In this document: positions 21,001-29,714 of the stretch, piece by piece
Numbering within the stretch: position 1 is the stretch's first letter
Layout: every line of letters begins with the position of its first letter
Virus record (IMG/VR): IMGVR_UViG_3300024264_000013
Span: 32,060-96,059 of that record
Length of the DNA stretch: 64,000 bases
Source: a virus
Reading direction: 5' to 3' (one strand)
Program-made: the position numbers and the translations under genes
Notes under the pieces: generated by a model
Seen by the model: the letters and a program-made list of their open reading frames with translations, nothing else
Told to the model about the DNA's origin: nothing
Databases searched by the model: none

Positions 21001-22500
21001 ATGCGTTCAGGTAACTTGCCTGTTCGTTATGAAATTACTAACGAAGGTCAAAATGGTAAATTAAAAGAAGATATTGATGCAACACAAACTTCAATTCCGT
21101 TAGAAACTGTTGCCTTCTTTCCAGAAAACGGTACAGTTTATATTGACAATGAATTAATTAGTTTTACAGGAAGAGATGAATCAAATAACTCTATTACAGG
21201 TTGTACAAGATCTGCAACACTTACAAACTTCCAAGCAGGTGCGGCACGTAGTTATACTGCTGGCGGCGCGGCGGCTCATGATGCTAGAACAGGTGTAATT
21301 TTAATTAGTAATACATGTACTCCACTTATATCACATTGGGGTTCAGCGTTTATTACAGACGGTGGATTTGATGAAGATCGTGGTTATATTTTCTCATACA
21401 CAGAACAAGCACTAACAGTTACTAATGTAAGACAAACCGCATTTATGATTAGACTAGCACCAAGTGTTAGTAATGCTATTATTGGTGATTTAGGAGATAG
21501 AGAACTTCTAAACAGAGCGCAGTTGCTACTAAGTTCGCTAGAAGTTACATCAGAAGCAAACGCATCAGGTACTATTGTTATTGAAGGTATTTTAAATCCA
21601 CAAAACTATCCTACTAACCCAGCATTGATTAGTTGGACAGGACTAGCAGGTCTTGCACAAGGTGGACAGCCAAGTTTTGCACAAATTGCGTCAGGTGGTG
21701 GTATTACATGGTCAACTGGTGCATCAACTACCACATCAAATTTAACTTCTCAAGCAGGCATTAACGCTGTACTTGATTCAGGACAATATAGATCAAGAAA
21801 CGGTAGTAGATATCTTTATGTTAGTGGTACAGATTTTAGAGCAACATTTGGATCTGAAAGTTTAGATCCAGTATTAGGTAAAACAATTAGTGGTAATAAT
21901 ATTAGAACTGGCACTAGAATTGATGGCGGATTTATTTCTGCTACATCTAACTACGGATACTTGTTCCTTTCACAAACACTAAGTGGTAACATTAACCAAA
22001 ACACATCAAATGCATCGACTATTACATCACATGGTAATTTGGCTAATGCTAACTTTGCTTACATTAATAAAGCAAGTTGGGAAGCAAGTGGTGGTAGAGA
22101 CGGCACAGCAGTAAGTTCAACAAGTGCATCACCAAGTTGGCCTGCCAACACAGTTATTAACAAAATTACATTACTTGATTTTGCTGGTACTGAATATTAC
22201 GAAGTTGAATTTAATAATGCTTCAAATGGTGATTTAGTAGCAGGTAGTGGTACTATTACACTTGAATTTAGTTCACCACCCTACGGACAACCAGGCGAAA
22301 CAGTTCTATCATTTATTGCACAACCAGGTGCTCGAGCAGACTTAGATTTAAGTCAGTTGAAAGAACTTACAAATACCACATTAGGTGGTAGAGGTACTTT
22401 TCCAAATGGTCCTGATGTATTAGCGATTAACGTGTTTAAAACTACTGGTACAGATGTTGAAGCCAACATCATTCTACGTTGGTCAGAGGCTCAAGCGTAA
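15076..22500 (+). CDS. Giant virion structural protein (2474 aa; fibre/baseplate-associated)
   Basis: Thr/Gly/Ser-rich; 8 tandem GG.[ST]P.ND...T...VD..G repeats; HG(F/L)..GD.I modules; N-terminal CxRD helical unit. Confidence 0.7.
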   Translation: MAKKKINNYKFKPGIGYLDNLFPNAYALLNTNKAFLQAETGQFITERVSDATAFQADLIALVDDLEQEMVLGTTATQRLWGQIENKKDVQVKLTRKRTLQRLKTGLAALSNVTSTYQTAMENAIDEIIDIADNGFTSATALVTSERTGEAIGDIGLAVARLKSNRAFMIRETKAFIDDDTPGNTITTASDFEINLGLLIDGITQDVSTTANNLTRTINTQIYVNTTPSDRSLLGDGMTRLGTVIKQVVEGSTVVRTTGNSLSQDTSGTSAGTVLGDRCKTHILDTQTVIANGTIASLPSAVYPNYSDEPAAGLAAATDLENNKTIVSTNVNAFYNYTFNQAKCERDTGLILNAYLFDLRYGGNFKTYDYASKYWEGDVAQVDGTRYPELDTHSWLTTLIRDYVFDKIAYPKEQSATAQTVTGDDAETGADTPITDLGSLVVTTIEGGLSARPTFVDTGAGYVKFPGNYDSSDILLITNTTDNEVIYAFNDVNNGGFTEQPSEFISTNGYAYDEDEDFPKYLQTTDAITKVYFNKSTASQISEDKLQIYVDTDELIVRPYEFGTDSIERQRTAEPQSMLDADFEYGLQPTKWSAIATMRGYPSVYEVPGTETSVITVISDSSAGTEGVGSSLITVTTAGAHGFELGDAITIKGLKQDVQGYSRAEGAFIIISVPNAISFQFYAKAKVGTGGNVNIEAEATQLRQAGFYTGASIGVPTFSVESQGSSGVIRPALTVDSGEDVIPFTVTSGAAPEIGAPLSASSGISLGTQVTGRVGTGGIAVTPVTTADFPPGTTEITVQSATGIQQNMAANKGDGTVTLVNTVVGNTITLNEAITTDFYGNLVTYTAVEGTNIVSLGFGAAFSISRAGGNYSLVEIVNSGQDYQVGDVLEIQGEFLGGITPTHDLNITVNTVDTGGEILTVTLAGNAFDGTATFPNTNGEYQNGQGTGGTWDIGYTSNVFNSVTQVNPSFVAQTGQTSGGEGTGVLLDFTITDNVYSVAIDPVDAGVTGYSVYDVIEVSGTNMGGLSPDNDAQVTITSVDSNGFPTGASVTGNGANAANNFTSVTFSTNNAGIGANLNINTDGATYNATFTAQGTGFAALDTVTVLGTQVGGLSPANDVTITIDTVDTGGEILTFTVSGTAVNTHSYPGIASGTNLTGAGADFDIVINGLLETYGVTVANAGSNYAPNQTITIQGTQLGGASPDNDLVLTITDVDNDSTLTAGGVLTVSVAGTARKATSGFAVADRLKIQGSNFPGGADPTNDAIIEITSVDGTGGITGFTTTGTAPDGQQTYNAVSGTASASGTSASFDITRQGTIYSAVFNSPGANFVATETITFLGTDLGGASPANDCTITVDTVDGSGTILTFTVTGTAANSGELLGQSAGNVLGSGATFNVSLSGGSYTTAVAGGGQDYYPSQTFKILGNTLAGATPTNDLTVTISTVDASGAITAISSSGSASTDVGSFANVTATVAGATGNGASFDILRDGTSADSTIGTYTVSQNAGGGNYNPSDKIKIGGENLGGQAASNDIIVVVDTVDSSGAVLTFTATGEAFAGTSFDLYSTVTVDTPTIAQLATTLDISFSALGTLRINFDSAHGLVPGDTFITTVDSDDGSNNHDLAAGSFIATTIPSPTALTFTARAAGAIDAVGDNINGTVYPRPDSFFIHRPFDGGVQLGTGGPQHGAQAIRQSKKYIRYQSGKGIMYTTGALFAPSYDLRTCTADGVEVGSVITVTCDDNDHGLQIGAKIKLIGIETVGYNGTYTVNDVIDERTFQVINTLNRLGGTSAVLSFGAQMSTFQWHGATVRSGVFDDQNGIYWEYDGVNLQCCQRTSTKQISGTANILPDNNTVTGTNTRFRDQLKAGDRIVIRGMTHVISGIATQTSMTVTPDYRGVNAAVGTKVCLVSDKKIRQQDWNLDRMDGTGPSGYNFDPAKMQMIGIEYSWYGAGFIDYMVRGADGNFVYGHRIRNSNVNTEAYMRSGNLPVRYEITNEGQNGKLKEDIDATQTSIPLETVAFFPENGTVYIDNELISFTGRDESNNSITGCTRSATLTNFQAGAARSYTAGGAAAHDARTGVILISNTCTPLISHWGSAFITDGGFDEDRGYIFSYTEQALTVTNVRQTAFMIRLAPSVSNAIIGDLGDRELLNRAQLLLSSLEVTSEANASGTIVIEGILNPQNYPTNPALISWTGLAGLAQGGQPSFAQIASGGGITWSTGASTTTSNLTSQAGINAVLDSGQYRSRNGSRYLYVSGTDFRATFGSESLDPVLGKTISGNNIRTGTRIDGGFISATSNYGYLFLSQTLSGNINQNTSNASTITSHGNLANANFAYINKASWEASGGRDGTAVSSTSASPSWPANTVINKITLLDFAGTEYYEVEFNNASNGDLVAGSGTITLEFSSPPYGQPGETVLSFIAQPGARADLDLSQLKELTNTTLGGRGTFPNGPDVLAINVFKTTGTDVEANIILRWSEAQA
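17640..19740 (+). repeat. Eight diverged ~75-80-aa coding repeats (coordinates approximate)
   Basis: LGGITPTHD, MGGLSPDND, VGGLSPAND, LGGASPDND, PGGADPTND, LGGASPAND, LAGATPTND and LGGQAASND. Confidence 0.8.
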
Positions 22501-23018
22501 AGATTAAAGTTTACAATGCAACGGGGATTATCTGTTGGGAATCCACCTGAGTGAAAAGTATTTCCGTCAAATAGAACTATGCGTCCTTTTTTAGGTGAAA
22601 CACGTTTAATGATTTCTTTGTTTTTAAAGAATACTGTATCTCCGTCGCTGTCGTTGACATAATAAATTAGACCTAAATGTTCTTCTGGTCTGTCTGTATG
22701 AGGAGCATAGTATTCAAGTTTTGTTTTATGCGGTACTGTTATAAAAAGTCTTGCCGCTATAATATCTATAAAATTTATATTTAATTTTGAACACACAACT
22801 TGAGGTATTTTACTAAAGTTGCCATAATGTTCTGTAAGTTTAGTACTGCTTTTGAGAACATGTTCAAAACTAATAGGTATTGAATCGCCTTCAAAAGCAG
22901 TAGGTTCGTACTTGCATACTAACGGTAGCATGGCATTAACATTCACACTACCAAATACAAGCATATGATAATAATCTTGTAATTCTTGAGATACTAAGTT
23001 ATCTTCTACAATTATCAT
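22491..23018 (-). CDS. 2OG-Fe(II) oxygenase-like protein
   Basis: PHTD (HxD), IYYVNDSDGDT, PKKGR.VLFDG..FHS and R..VNFN. Confidence 0.8.
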   Translation of the reverse strand: MIIVEDNLVSQELQDYYHMLVFGSVNVNAMLPLVCKYEPTAFEGDSIPISFEHVLKSSTKLTEHYGNFSKIPQVVCSKLNINFIDIIAARLFITVPHKTKLEYYAPHTDRPEEHLGLIYYVNDSDGDTVFFKNKEIIKRVSPKKGRIVLFDGNTFHSGGFPTDNPRCIVNFNLYA

Positions 23019-23653
23019 TAATGTGCAGTTTCTAAATAGTCTACAAATGCGGCTAAGTTATCAAACACTAAGCACTTCTTTTTAATATCACGATATGAAA
23101 AACGTTTCATAACTAATTCTTCTGTTTCTTTACCATGACCTGTGCGTATAATTACTGGAATAGCACCAATCTTCATAGCGGCTTTTAAATCACGAAGTCT
23201 ATCGCCAGCATAGTAACCTTTGTTAAATTTTACATGAGGTACTTCTTTTTCACAACGCTTAAACATTCCTGCATTTGGTTTTGCATACATATCAGTTTTA
23301 TGACTACTTGCACTATAATATAAACCGTCTATACTTGGACAGCCTGCTTTACCTAGTTCTTCAAACATGTGATTATGTACTTTTTCAACATCTTCTTCGG
23401 TATAGATACCTTTTTCAATACCGCCTTGGTTCGTAATAATAACTATTTTGTGTCCAAGTTTGCGTAGTTTAACTATTGCTTCTAAACTACCTTCTTCAAA
23501 TTCCCAGTCATCTACTTTGTAAACATAATCTCCAATGTCTACATTAATAACACCATCTCTATCTAAACCAACTACACACTTTGGTGCAATATAATCTGGT
23601 TTATAAAAGTCGACATTAACATCGTCACTCCATACTATCTTCGGATTGCTCAT
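23018..23653 (-). CDS. gmhB: D,D-heptose 1,7-bisphosphate phosphatase (HAD family)
   Basis: LDRDGVIN, ITNQGGI, KPNAGM, GDR..D; lies in an operon with hldE and hldD. Confidence 0.85.
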   Translation of the reverse strand: MSNPKIVWSDDVNVDFYKPDYIAPKCVVGLDRDGVINVDIGDYVYKVDDWEFEEGSLEAIVKLRKLGHKIVIITNQGGIEKGIYTEEDVEKVHNHMFEELGKAGCPSIDGLYYSASSHKTDMYAKPNAGMFKRCEKEVPHVKFNKGYYAGDRLRDLKAAMKIGAIPVIIRTGHGKETEELVMKRFSYRDIKKKCLVFDNLAAFVDYLETAH

Positions 23654-24050
23654 TTGCTACTTTTCCTTTTAATTCTTCCATTAAGCCTTCCTGACTATCA
23701 CCAGGTATAAGCCTATAATTGTCTTCCACACTATCAGCAGTACTTACTTCAGTAATACTACTGTTGTCTTCAAGTGCTTCTAATTGATGTGGCAATAAAG
23801 GTTTATTGCGCCACGTCATTCCTTGTGTAAGTGTTTGACTAAACAGTGTTGCAGTTTTAGTATCAATCCATCTTACAATAAAACTTCCTTCATTTACAAA
23901 CCATGATTCGTCTTTTTCTTTATGGAAGTGCATACTAAATTTATTACCTTTTTTAGTAAACACCATCATTTTACCACAGTAGTGTTCATTGGTTGCCCAA
24001 ATTAATTCGAATCCCCAACCTTTATCTACTTTACCTTCTAATCGTTCCAT
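23625..24050 (-). CDS. Cupin-fold protein (sugar-phosphate isomerase-like)
   Basis: KGWG.E.IW, SMHFH..K.E, PHQL and EVST....DNYR. Confidence 0.7.
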   Translation of the reverse strand: MERLEGKVDKGWGFELIWATNEHYCGKMMVFTKKGNKFSMHFHKEKDESWFVNEGSFIVRWIDTKTATLFSQTLTQGMTWRNKPLLPHQLEALEDNSSITEVSTADSVEDNYRLIPGDSQEGLMEELKGKVANEQSEDSME

Positions 24051-24682
24051 TCTTTAATCTCCAATTGTTTTACTTTATTATAACCAAATTCTCCAAAAGC
24101 AAAAAAGTTACTTGCTAAACTATATCTGTCTGTATCACTAGAATTAGGTTCTACACTGTGTTCTAAATTACTCGGAAACATAATTAACATATCTTCTTCT
24201 ACTTCAAATGGCCATCCCGATGCGGCTACTGGAGTATAATTTTCTACAGGAATTTCAACTGTTTCACTAAAAACATTATCATAATGTTTACGTCTATGTA
24301 CAATAAGTCTACCACAGTTAGTTGGAGTTGTTAAATAGTACACAGCACTTATTAAACTATTTGCATGATTATGCATATAAACTTGTTCACCTGGTGGTTG
24401 TTTACTAACCCAACTATTAGTCATTTTAAAATCTAATGCATTTGAATAGCCTAAACAACCTTTTACAAAAGAATTTACTTGATCTGTAATATCGTTTTTA
24501 AGTTGTGTGAAATCATTTAATAATACTAATGTATCGTTTGGCGAATTTGAATTAGGTCTTTGAACAACTTCTTTATTATTAATTAACTTTTCTTTTGTTT
24601 TACTATCTAACTTAGGCATACGTACAATACCAACAGGAACTGAAAATAGTTGATGCAATTCTAAATTTCCTAATTTAAGCAT
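24038..24682 (-). CDS. Putative 2OG-Fe(II) oxygenase (TIGR02466-like)
   Basis: SW......HNH.NS..S.VYY, FPS.LEH.V and R.S.A.N. Confidence 0.8.
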   Translation of the reverse strand: MLKLGNLELHQLFSVPVGIVRMPKLDSKTKEKLINNKEVVQRPNSNSPNDTLVLLNDFTQLKNDITDQVNSFVKGCLGYSNALDFKMTNSWVSKQPPGEQVYMHNHANSLISAVYYLTTPTNCGRLIVHRRKHYDNVFSETVEIPVENYTPVAASGWPFEVEEDMLIMFPSNLEHSVEPNSSDTDRYSLASNFFAFGEFGYNKVKQLEIKEWND

Positions 24683-25511
24683 TTTGTATCCATTCTTTAG
24701 GTGTTGTAAATTTAAAGTCGCCTATTGTTTTTAAAAGTCTAGTATTATCACTACATGTGTATTTTTGATATTGTCCTTGTAATGCTTCGGGCATCGGAAT
24801 AGGTTCTATAGTTGCATTATATTTGTCTGCAATAGTATTAGCAATAGAACCAAAACTAGTTGTTTCTCCCATACCAACATTCCATATACCCATTTCATCA
24901 ATATTCATCATTTTTTCAATAATTTTACATACATCTCCTACGTATATAAAATCTCGTAAATATTCATCACTACCCTCAAATGGATGTACTTTTCCTGTTT
25001 CTTTTGCTTGCTTTGTAAATTTATGAAACACACTCATTTGGTCGCCTTTGTGTTCTTCATGTTCTCCGTATACATTAAAGAAACGTAATCCTTTGATATT
25101 ACATTTATAATCTTCCCATGTTAACATTTCTACACTACGATCAAACAAATATTTTGACCACGAATATGGACTTTGTGGTTGCTTAGGAGCATCTTCATTA
25201 AATTTTTGACCATCGCCATATACACTAGCACTTGATGCATAAATTAAATCAACTCCTTGCATATCACATACTTGTAATAATCTATGACTAAAGTCTAAAT
25301 TTTGTTTTAAAACTTTTTCAACATCGCGTTCTGTTGTGCTTGATATTGCACCCATATGTATAACTTTATCAAATTGACTGCAATCAGGTACAACATTTTC
25401 TATAAAATCATATTCAGCAATACCATGCCCCTTGCTCATTAGGTATTTTTTTAAATTCTTTGCTATAAATCCGTCAGGACCTGTAATTAATATTTTTAGT
25501 TTATCACTCAT
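24675..25511 (-). CDS. hldD: ADP-L-glycero-D-manno-heptose 6-epimerase
   Basis: ITG..GFIA, HMGAISSTTE, YASSASVYG, Y..SK, LRFFNVYG..E.HKG..M.S, RDFIYV.D and YQ.YT..D. Confidence 0.88.
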   Translation of the reverse strand: MSDKLKILITGPDGFIAKNLKKYLMSKGHGIAEYDFIENVVPDCSQFDKVIHMGAISSTTERDVEKVLKQNLDFSHRLLQVCDMQGVDLIYASSASVYGDGQKFNEDAPKQPQSPYSWSKYLFDRSVEMLTWEDYKCNIKGLRFFNVYGEHEEHKGDQMSVFHKFTKQAKETGKVHPFEGSDEYLRDFIYVGDVCKIIEKMMNIDEMGIWNVGMGETTSFGSIANTIADKYNATIEPIPMPEALQGQYQKYTCSDNTRLLKTIGDFKFTTPKEWIQNA

Positions 25512-26646
25512 TTATTTTCTCTAATATACTTGTAGTTGAAAAGTCTTCAACTGTAGGAACAATGTATACACTAGTTAAGTCGTGTCCTACTACTTCGTTA
25601 ACTTTATAATCGCCACCCTTTACAATCAAGGTTGGCTTTAATGATTTAATTAAATTGTATGGTGTGTCTTCACTAAACACAATAACTTCGTCTACCCAAG
25701 ATAAAATTTCTAATTGCTTTTTACGTATTTCTACAGGATTTATAGGTCTGTTTTTTCCTTTTAATCTTTGTACACTAGTATCATCATTAAGCCCTACAAT
25801 AAGTTTATCACCTTTTTCTTTAGCCGCTTTTAATAATTCAAAATGCCCTGTGTGCAATATATCAAAACAGCCGTTAGTAAACACAATAGTATTTTCTAAA
25901 TCTTCTTTTAATAATTGGTATGTGCCACTATGCTTTACACTTTCAGTTGAACCTTTTGTTGCAATTTCTAAACATTTTTTATGTGTGTAACCTTTTGTAA
26001 GACCATAAACAAATGCGGCCATAAAACAATCACCTGCACCTGTTACGTCTGATACTTCAACAGCATCTACTTCAATCTCATAGTTTTTACCATCAATGTG
26101 TGCAATAACTTCTTCGCCAGCATTAGTTGTAATAATATTACCCTGCCATTCATCAAATCCTAAGTCATGAAATTCGTTGTAGTTAGGTTTTACTAACCAA
26201 GCACCTTCATAGAACCAAGCATTTTCTTTTGGATCGACAACTACTTTACAATTATACTTGTTAATGTGTGCAATGATATCTTTTGCTTCGTCTAATACAC
26301 CTTTGTTATAATCACTTAGCACAACATAATCATACTGAGAAAAATCTGTTGATTGTACTTTCTTAAGCACTTCTCCTCCGCTTGCCGGCTTGTCATCATC
26401 TATACGTGTAATATAATGTCCGTCACACATGATACGTGTCTTTACACTACGTGGTTGATCCATTTCAAACAACGTAACATCTACATCTAAGTTTTTTAAA
26501 TTTTCATATACAAGGCCTGCACCGCCTAATGTTTCTTTTTCTTCGATATATGTAATTACAGGCACTGGTGCTTCGGGACTAATTCGCGAACTAGTGCCGT
26601 ACACATACTTGTCAATTATTACATCGCCGATTACTAAGACCTTCAT
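25504..26646 (-). CDS. hldE: Bifunctional heptose-7-phosphate kinase / heptose-1-phosphate adenylyltransferase (compact, 380 aa)
   Basis: Kinase half: GDVIIDKY..G...RISPEAPVPV, SDYNKG, VDPK, DVTGAGD. Nucleotidyltransferase half: FTNGCFDILHTGH, RLKG..RP, KGGDY, STT. Confidence 0.92.
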   Translation of the reverse strand: MKVLVIGDVIIDKYVYGTSSRISPEAPVPVITYIEEKETLGGAGLVYENLKNLDVDVTLFEMDQPRSVKTRIMCDGHYITRIDDDKPASGGEVLKKVQSTDFSQYDYVVLSDYNKGVLDEAKDIIAHINKYNCKVVVDPKENAWFYEGAWLVKPNYNEFHDLGFDEWQGNIITTNAGEEVIAHIDGKNYEIEVDAVEVSDVTGAGDCFMAAFVYGLTKGYTHKKCLEIATKGSTESVKHSGTYQLLKEDLENTIVFTNGCFDILHTGHFELLKAAKEKGDKLIVGLNDDTSVQRLKGKNRPINPVEIRKKQLEILSWVDEVIVFSEDTPYNLIKSLKPTLIVKGGDYKVNEVVGHDLTSVYIVPTVEDFSTTSILEKINE

Positions 26647-26651
26647 ATTTT

Positions 26652-26680
26652 ATTATAACTTACTATCTAATTTTTGTCAA
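26652..26680 (-). promoter_or_regulatory. Sigma70-consensus early promoter of the heptose operon
   Basis: TTGACA-17 nt-TATAAT on the minus strand, 5 nt before the hldE ATG. Confidence 0.8.
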
Positions 26681-27107
26681 GCAAATTCAAAACTTTTGTT
26701 ACAGTTTCTAACTTACTTTGATTAATTTTACTTTGTAGGGTATTGCGTAAACCGTGGTGCAATGGCTTAGGCCAACTACCATTATTAACCCAAGCATACC
26801 CATCATGTTCAGTATTTAATTTAGGAATAAATTCTTCTTTTACTGCACACAAATATGTATGAAATTGAAATTGATGATCAGTTGAAATAAAAGTTTCTAA
26901 AGGAATTGTTTTTTCTATTTTAGGTAAAAATCCTAATTCTTCTTTAATTTCTCTTTTTAAAACTTCCCATGGAGTTTCTTTACCTTCTCCAGTACCTCCA
27001 ACTAATCCCCACTGGTTTTTAGTCTTACCTTGAGTACGATGTAATAAAAGAAAACGCTTTGTATCGAGACTGTAGAACAGAGTTCCACTGCAAATTATCT
27101 TGTTCAT
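26667..27107 (-). CDS. NUDIX hydrolase
   Basis: Nudix box GG.GE..ET....LKREIKEELG. Confidence 0.85.
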   Translation of the reverse strand: MNKIICSGTLFYSLDTKRFLLLHRTQGKTKNQWGLVGGTGEGKETPWEVLKREIKEELGFLPKIEKTIPLETFISTDHQFQFHTYLCAVKEEFIPKLNTEHDGYAWVNNGSWPKPLHHGLRNTLQSKINQSKLETVTKVLNLLDKN

Positions 27108-27115
27108 AAAAATAA

Positions 27116-28555
27116 TTAGCCGTTGAGAGCGATTCGCCAGGTACCTTTTGGATATAATCCCTCAACACTTAATAGCCATTCTTCGCCGTCCCAGCGATAT
27201 TGAATGCCTGTTTTCAGATTAGTTGTATATGTAACTTCTTTAGTTGTAGATGCTGTAAACACAACTTCCCATTTTATACCATTCCATTCAACAATATCGT
27301 TGCGTTTAGCAACTAGATCTTCGTTTGCTGTGCCTTTCCATGCATCAGCACCGTCATAGTTATCTTCGTCACCAATATCATTTAACAATAATATTCTACC
27401 ACCTAAACCTTTCATTACTGACGTTGGTACAGTTTTTTGTGGATCAATAATGTAATCAATAGTTGTCCATTGATTATTGTTTCTAGTAGGACCTTGTATA
27501 ATAGTATTACTTGGAAATGTATCGGCATCCCAATCAATAACCAATTGTGATTCATCCATAGGATTCATACTAATTGTACCAGTAATTTCGTGTGTTTCTT
27601 CATTAAGTTTTGTAAAGTAAATTCTACTAATACCGTCTTGATATTGTCCAGGATGTGAGTCTAATATTTGTCTCCAATTAGTAGCACCTACTATGCCACG
27701 ACTTTCTATTTGTGCTAATGTGCCCTGTACATATATACCGTAATCTTGATAATTAGTTCCAACTACATGTTTAGCCGCAGTAGTTTCAACTGAACGATTT
27801 CCGTCTTTGTCTACTACTCCAGGCACAACACTATCATCATATGAATTCAGTGTTGGCATACTTAATCCTAAGTCTAATGTTCCTGTATTTTCATCAAAAA
27901 TACTTGTTATAATGTTTGTAATTACACCAAGTCTTTTAACTTTAACTGGAGGACTAATGTAAATTGGTGTACTAAATGTTAGTGTCGAAACATCAATTTC
28001 ACTATCAACACCTACAGGTACACTTCTTGAACTCCAAGTAACACTATCTAACATAACCGCAGTTAGACTAGTCCAGTCAATATAGTTATCTGTAGTTTGT
28101 AATTCTAAACTAGGATTAAACAATACTAATATTTGTTCTAATATTTGTAATTTCATATCTGTATTAGTTGACCAAATATCACAATTAAATGTTAACTTAT
28201 ATGGTGTAGGCATTAAACGTTCAACAGTATAGTTTTTACCTTCGTAATTTAAATACTCTTCGCCGTCAGTATCATATGCACGTTCTCTAATATTAACTTT
28301 ACTAACATAACTAGCATCACTTGTGCGTTCTCTGTCAATTTCCATGCCAGTTACATGCACAGCAATACGTGGTGCACTAGGTATTTTGTTTTCAGTATTA
28401 TCGCGTATAATATTTGCAACCTGACGTGTAAGATCACCGTATGTTACAGGTATTTGTGTTAAATTTCCCTTACCGTCTTTGACCGAAAAGTTACTCATTA
28501 GTCTTACCATTTGAGTAACATACCGTCTTACTTGACCATCATAAAAATGTTCCAT
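27116..28555 (-). CDS. Tail sheath stabiliser/terminator (T4 gp15-like) with C-terminal extension
   Basis: IPV.YG, PRIA and P.PY.L.F..DIW.......LQILEQI...FNPS; adjacent to the neck genes. Confidence 0.7.
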   Translation of the reverse strand: MEHFYDGQVRRYVTQMVRLMSNFSVKDGKGNLTQIPVTYGDLTRQVANIIRDNTENKIPSAPRIAVHVTGMEIDRERTSDASYVSKVNIRERAYDTDGEEYLNYEGKNYTVERLMPTPYKLTFNCDIWSTNTDMKLQILEQILVLFNPSLELQTTDNYIDWTSLTAVMLDSVTWSSRSVPVGVDSEIDVSTLTFSTPIYISPPVKVKRLGVITNIITSIFDENTGTLDLGLSMPTLNSYDDSVVPGVVDKDGNRSVETTAAKHVVGTNYQDYGIYVQGTLAQIESRGIVGATNWRQILDSHPGQYQDGISRIYFTKLNEETHEITGTISMNPMDESQLVIDWDADTFPSNTIIQGPTRNNNQWTTIDYIIDPQKTVPTSVMKGLGGRILLLNDIGDEDNYDGADAWKGTANEDLVAKRNDIVEWNGIKWEVVFTASTTKEVTYTTNLKTGIQYRWDGEEWLLSVEGLYPKGTWRIALNG

Positions 28556-29709
28556 TAGTTATCCGCCTTTGGACGTAGTGCCTTTGAAAGACTTTGTTTC
28601 TCTTTAACTGTTTCGCCACCAATTTGTGATTGCGCTGGGTTATTAATAAATGTAGTTTTTTGTGTATTACGTGTATCAGTATTTGTAAGGTCAACACGTA
28701 TACCGTCTTGCATTTTAATCCAACGGTTGTTATTGTACTTAAATAATCTTTTAGGTGAATAATCTGTTCTCATAAAGTAATCTCCATCAACTGGCGTAGT
28801 TGGAAAACTAATACCCATTCCGTATGGAGCACCGTTATTGCCTTCAACTCCTAGTAAGTATCCTTGATAACCTGATCTATCAGGTCGATCACTTATATCG
28901 CCTGCTTGAACACCTATGTTACTTGCATCTATATCAGTTTCGTCAGCAGTTTTTAATGCAACAGTTCCATCATCATTAGTTGCTAGTGTATAATAGTGTC
29001 CTGTATCATAACCTGACTTAGGAGCATCTGCTTCTGCTTGTGCAATTACTGCGTCATTAATTTGCATTTCTTTTTCGTAGGTTGATAATACATCACGTAA
29101 TGTATCACTTGAACCTTCTTGTGCTGGTAAATCTAATATTTCTTTAAACTCTTGACTGTCAACAATTTGTTTCAATTTTATTCTATATAAATGTGGATAC
29201 CATGTAGGAGAAAATCCTTCTGCGGCTCTGTTTACATCCTCAACAACGTAAAATCTTTTTAATGCTACACTGTGATCGTTAAGAGCGTATTCATCTTTTA
29301 AATGAGGAAGTTCAATTACGTCCCCTGATATAATTTTTCTGCCCAACGTTTTAACACTTCCGTTAATTGGAATAGTCATAAACAAAGTATCATTTTGTAA
29401 AAATAAACCAAATTGACTCATATCAAAATCGATATCTTGTACATTATAGATACCACGCATTGTATAAATGTCTGGATCGTATTTTCTATCCCTGTTTTCA
29501 AGGAATAGCATGTCTTGTATGTTAGTTGTTGCAACAGCATTATAGCGAGGCTGGTCAGCAGTTGCATCAATCTCTTCAGGATTATTTGGGCCTAAATACT
29601 TGTGTACGAATATATCTGTTCCGCCCACAGTAAACATTTCATGGATCTGTTTGTCCATAAAATGATAGTCATTGCCCTTTTCTGGTTTATATAAGGATAG
29701 TCTCGGCAT
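28555..29709 (-). CDS. Neck protein (T4 gp14-like)
   Basis: D.LFLE, SQFGLF...D and GDVIELP pattern; upstream of the gp15-like gene. Start at 29709 chosen because it lies 5 nt after TAAATA. Confidence 0.6.
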   Translation of the reverse strand: MPRLSLYKPEKGNDYHFMDKQIHEMFTVGGTDIFVHKYLGPNNPEEIDATADQPRYNAVATTNIQDMLFLENRDRKYDPDIYTMRGIYNVQDIDFDMSQFGLFLQNDTLFMTIPINGSVKTLGRKIISGDVIELPHLKDEYALNDHSVALKRFYVVEDVNRAAEGFSPTWYPHLYRIKLKQIVDSQEFKEILDLPAQEGSSDTLRDVLSTYEKEMQINDAVIAQAEADAPKSGYDTGHYYTLATNDDGTVALKTADETDIDASNIGVQAGDISDRPDRSGYQGYLLGVEGNNGAPYGMGISFPTTPVDGDYFMRTDYSPKRLFKYNNNRWIKMQDGIRVDLTNTDTRNTQKTTFINNPAQSQIGGETVKEKQSLSKALRPKADN

Positions 29710-29714
29710 ACACA

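Noticed and set aside
22491-26646. Reading the heptose/GT genes as a bacterial LPS locus (host contamination or prophage flank)
   Set aside because: They are interleaved with T4-like core genes, share the same composition and Ala-Ala codon habit, and no bacterial housekeeping context is present.
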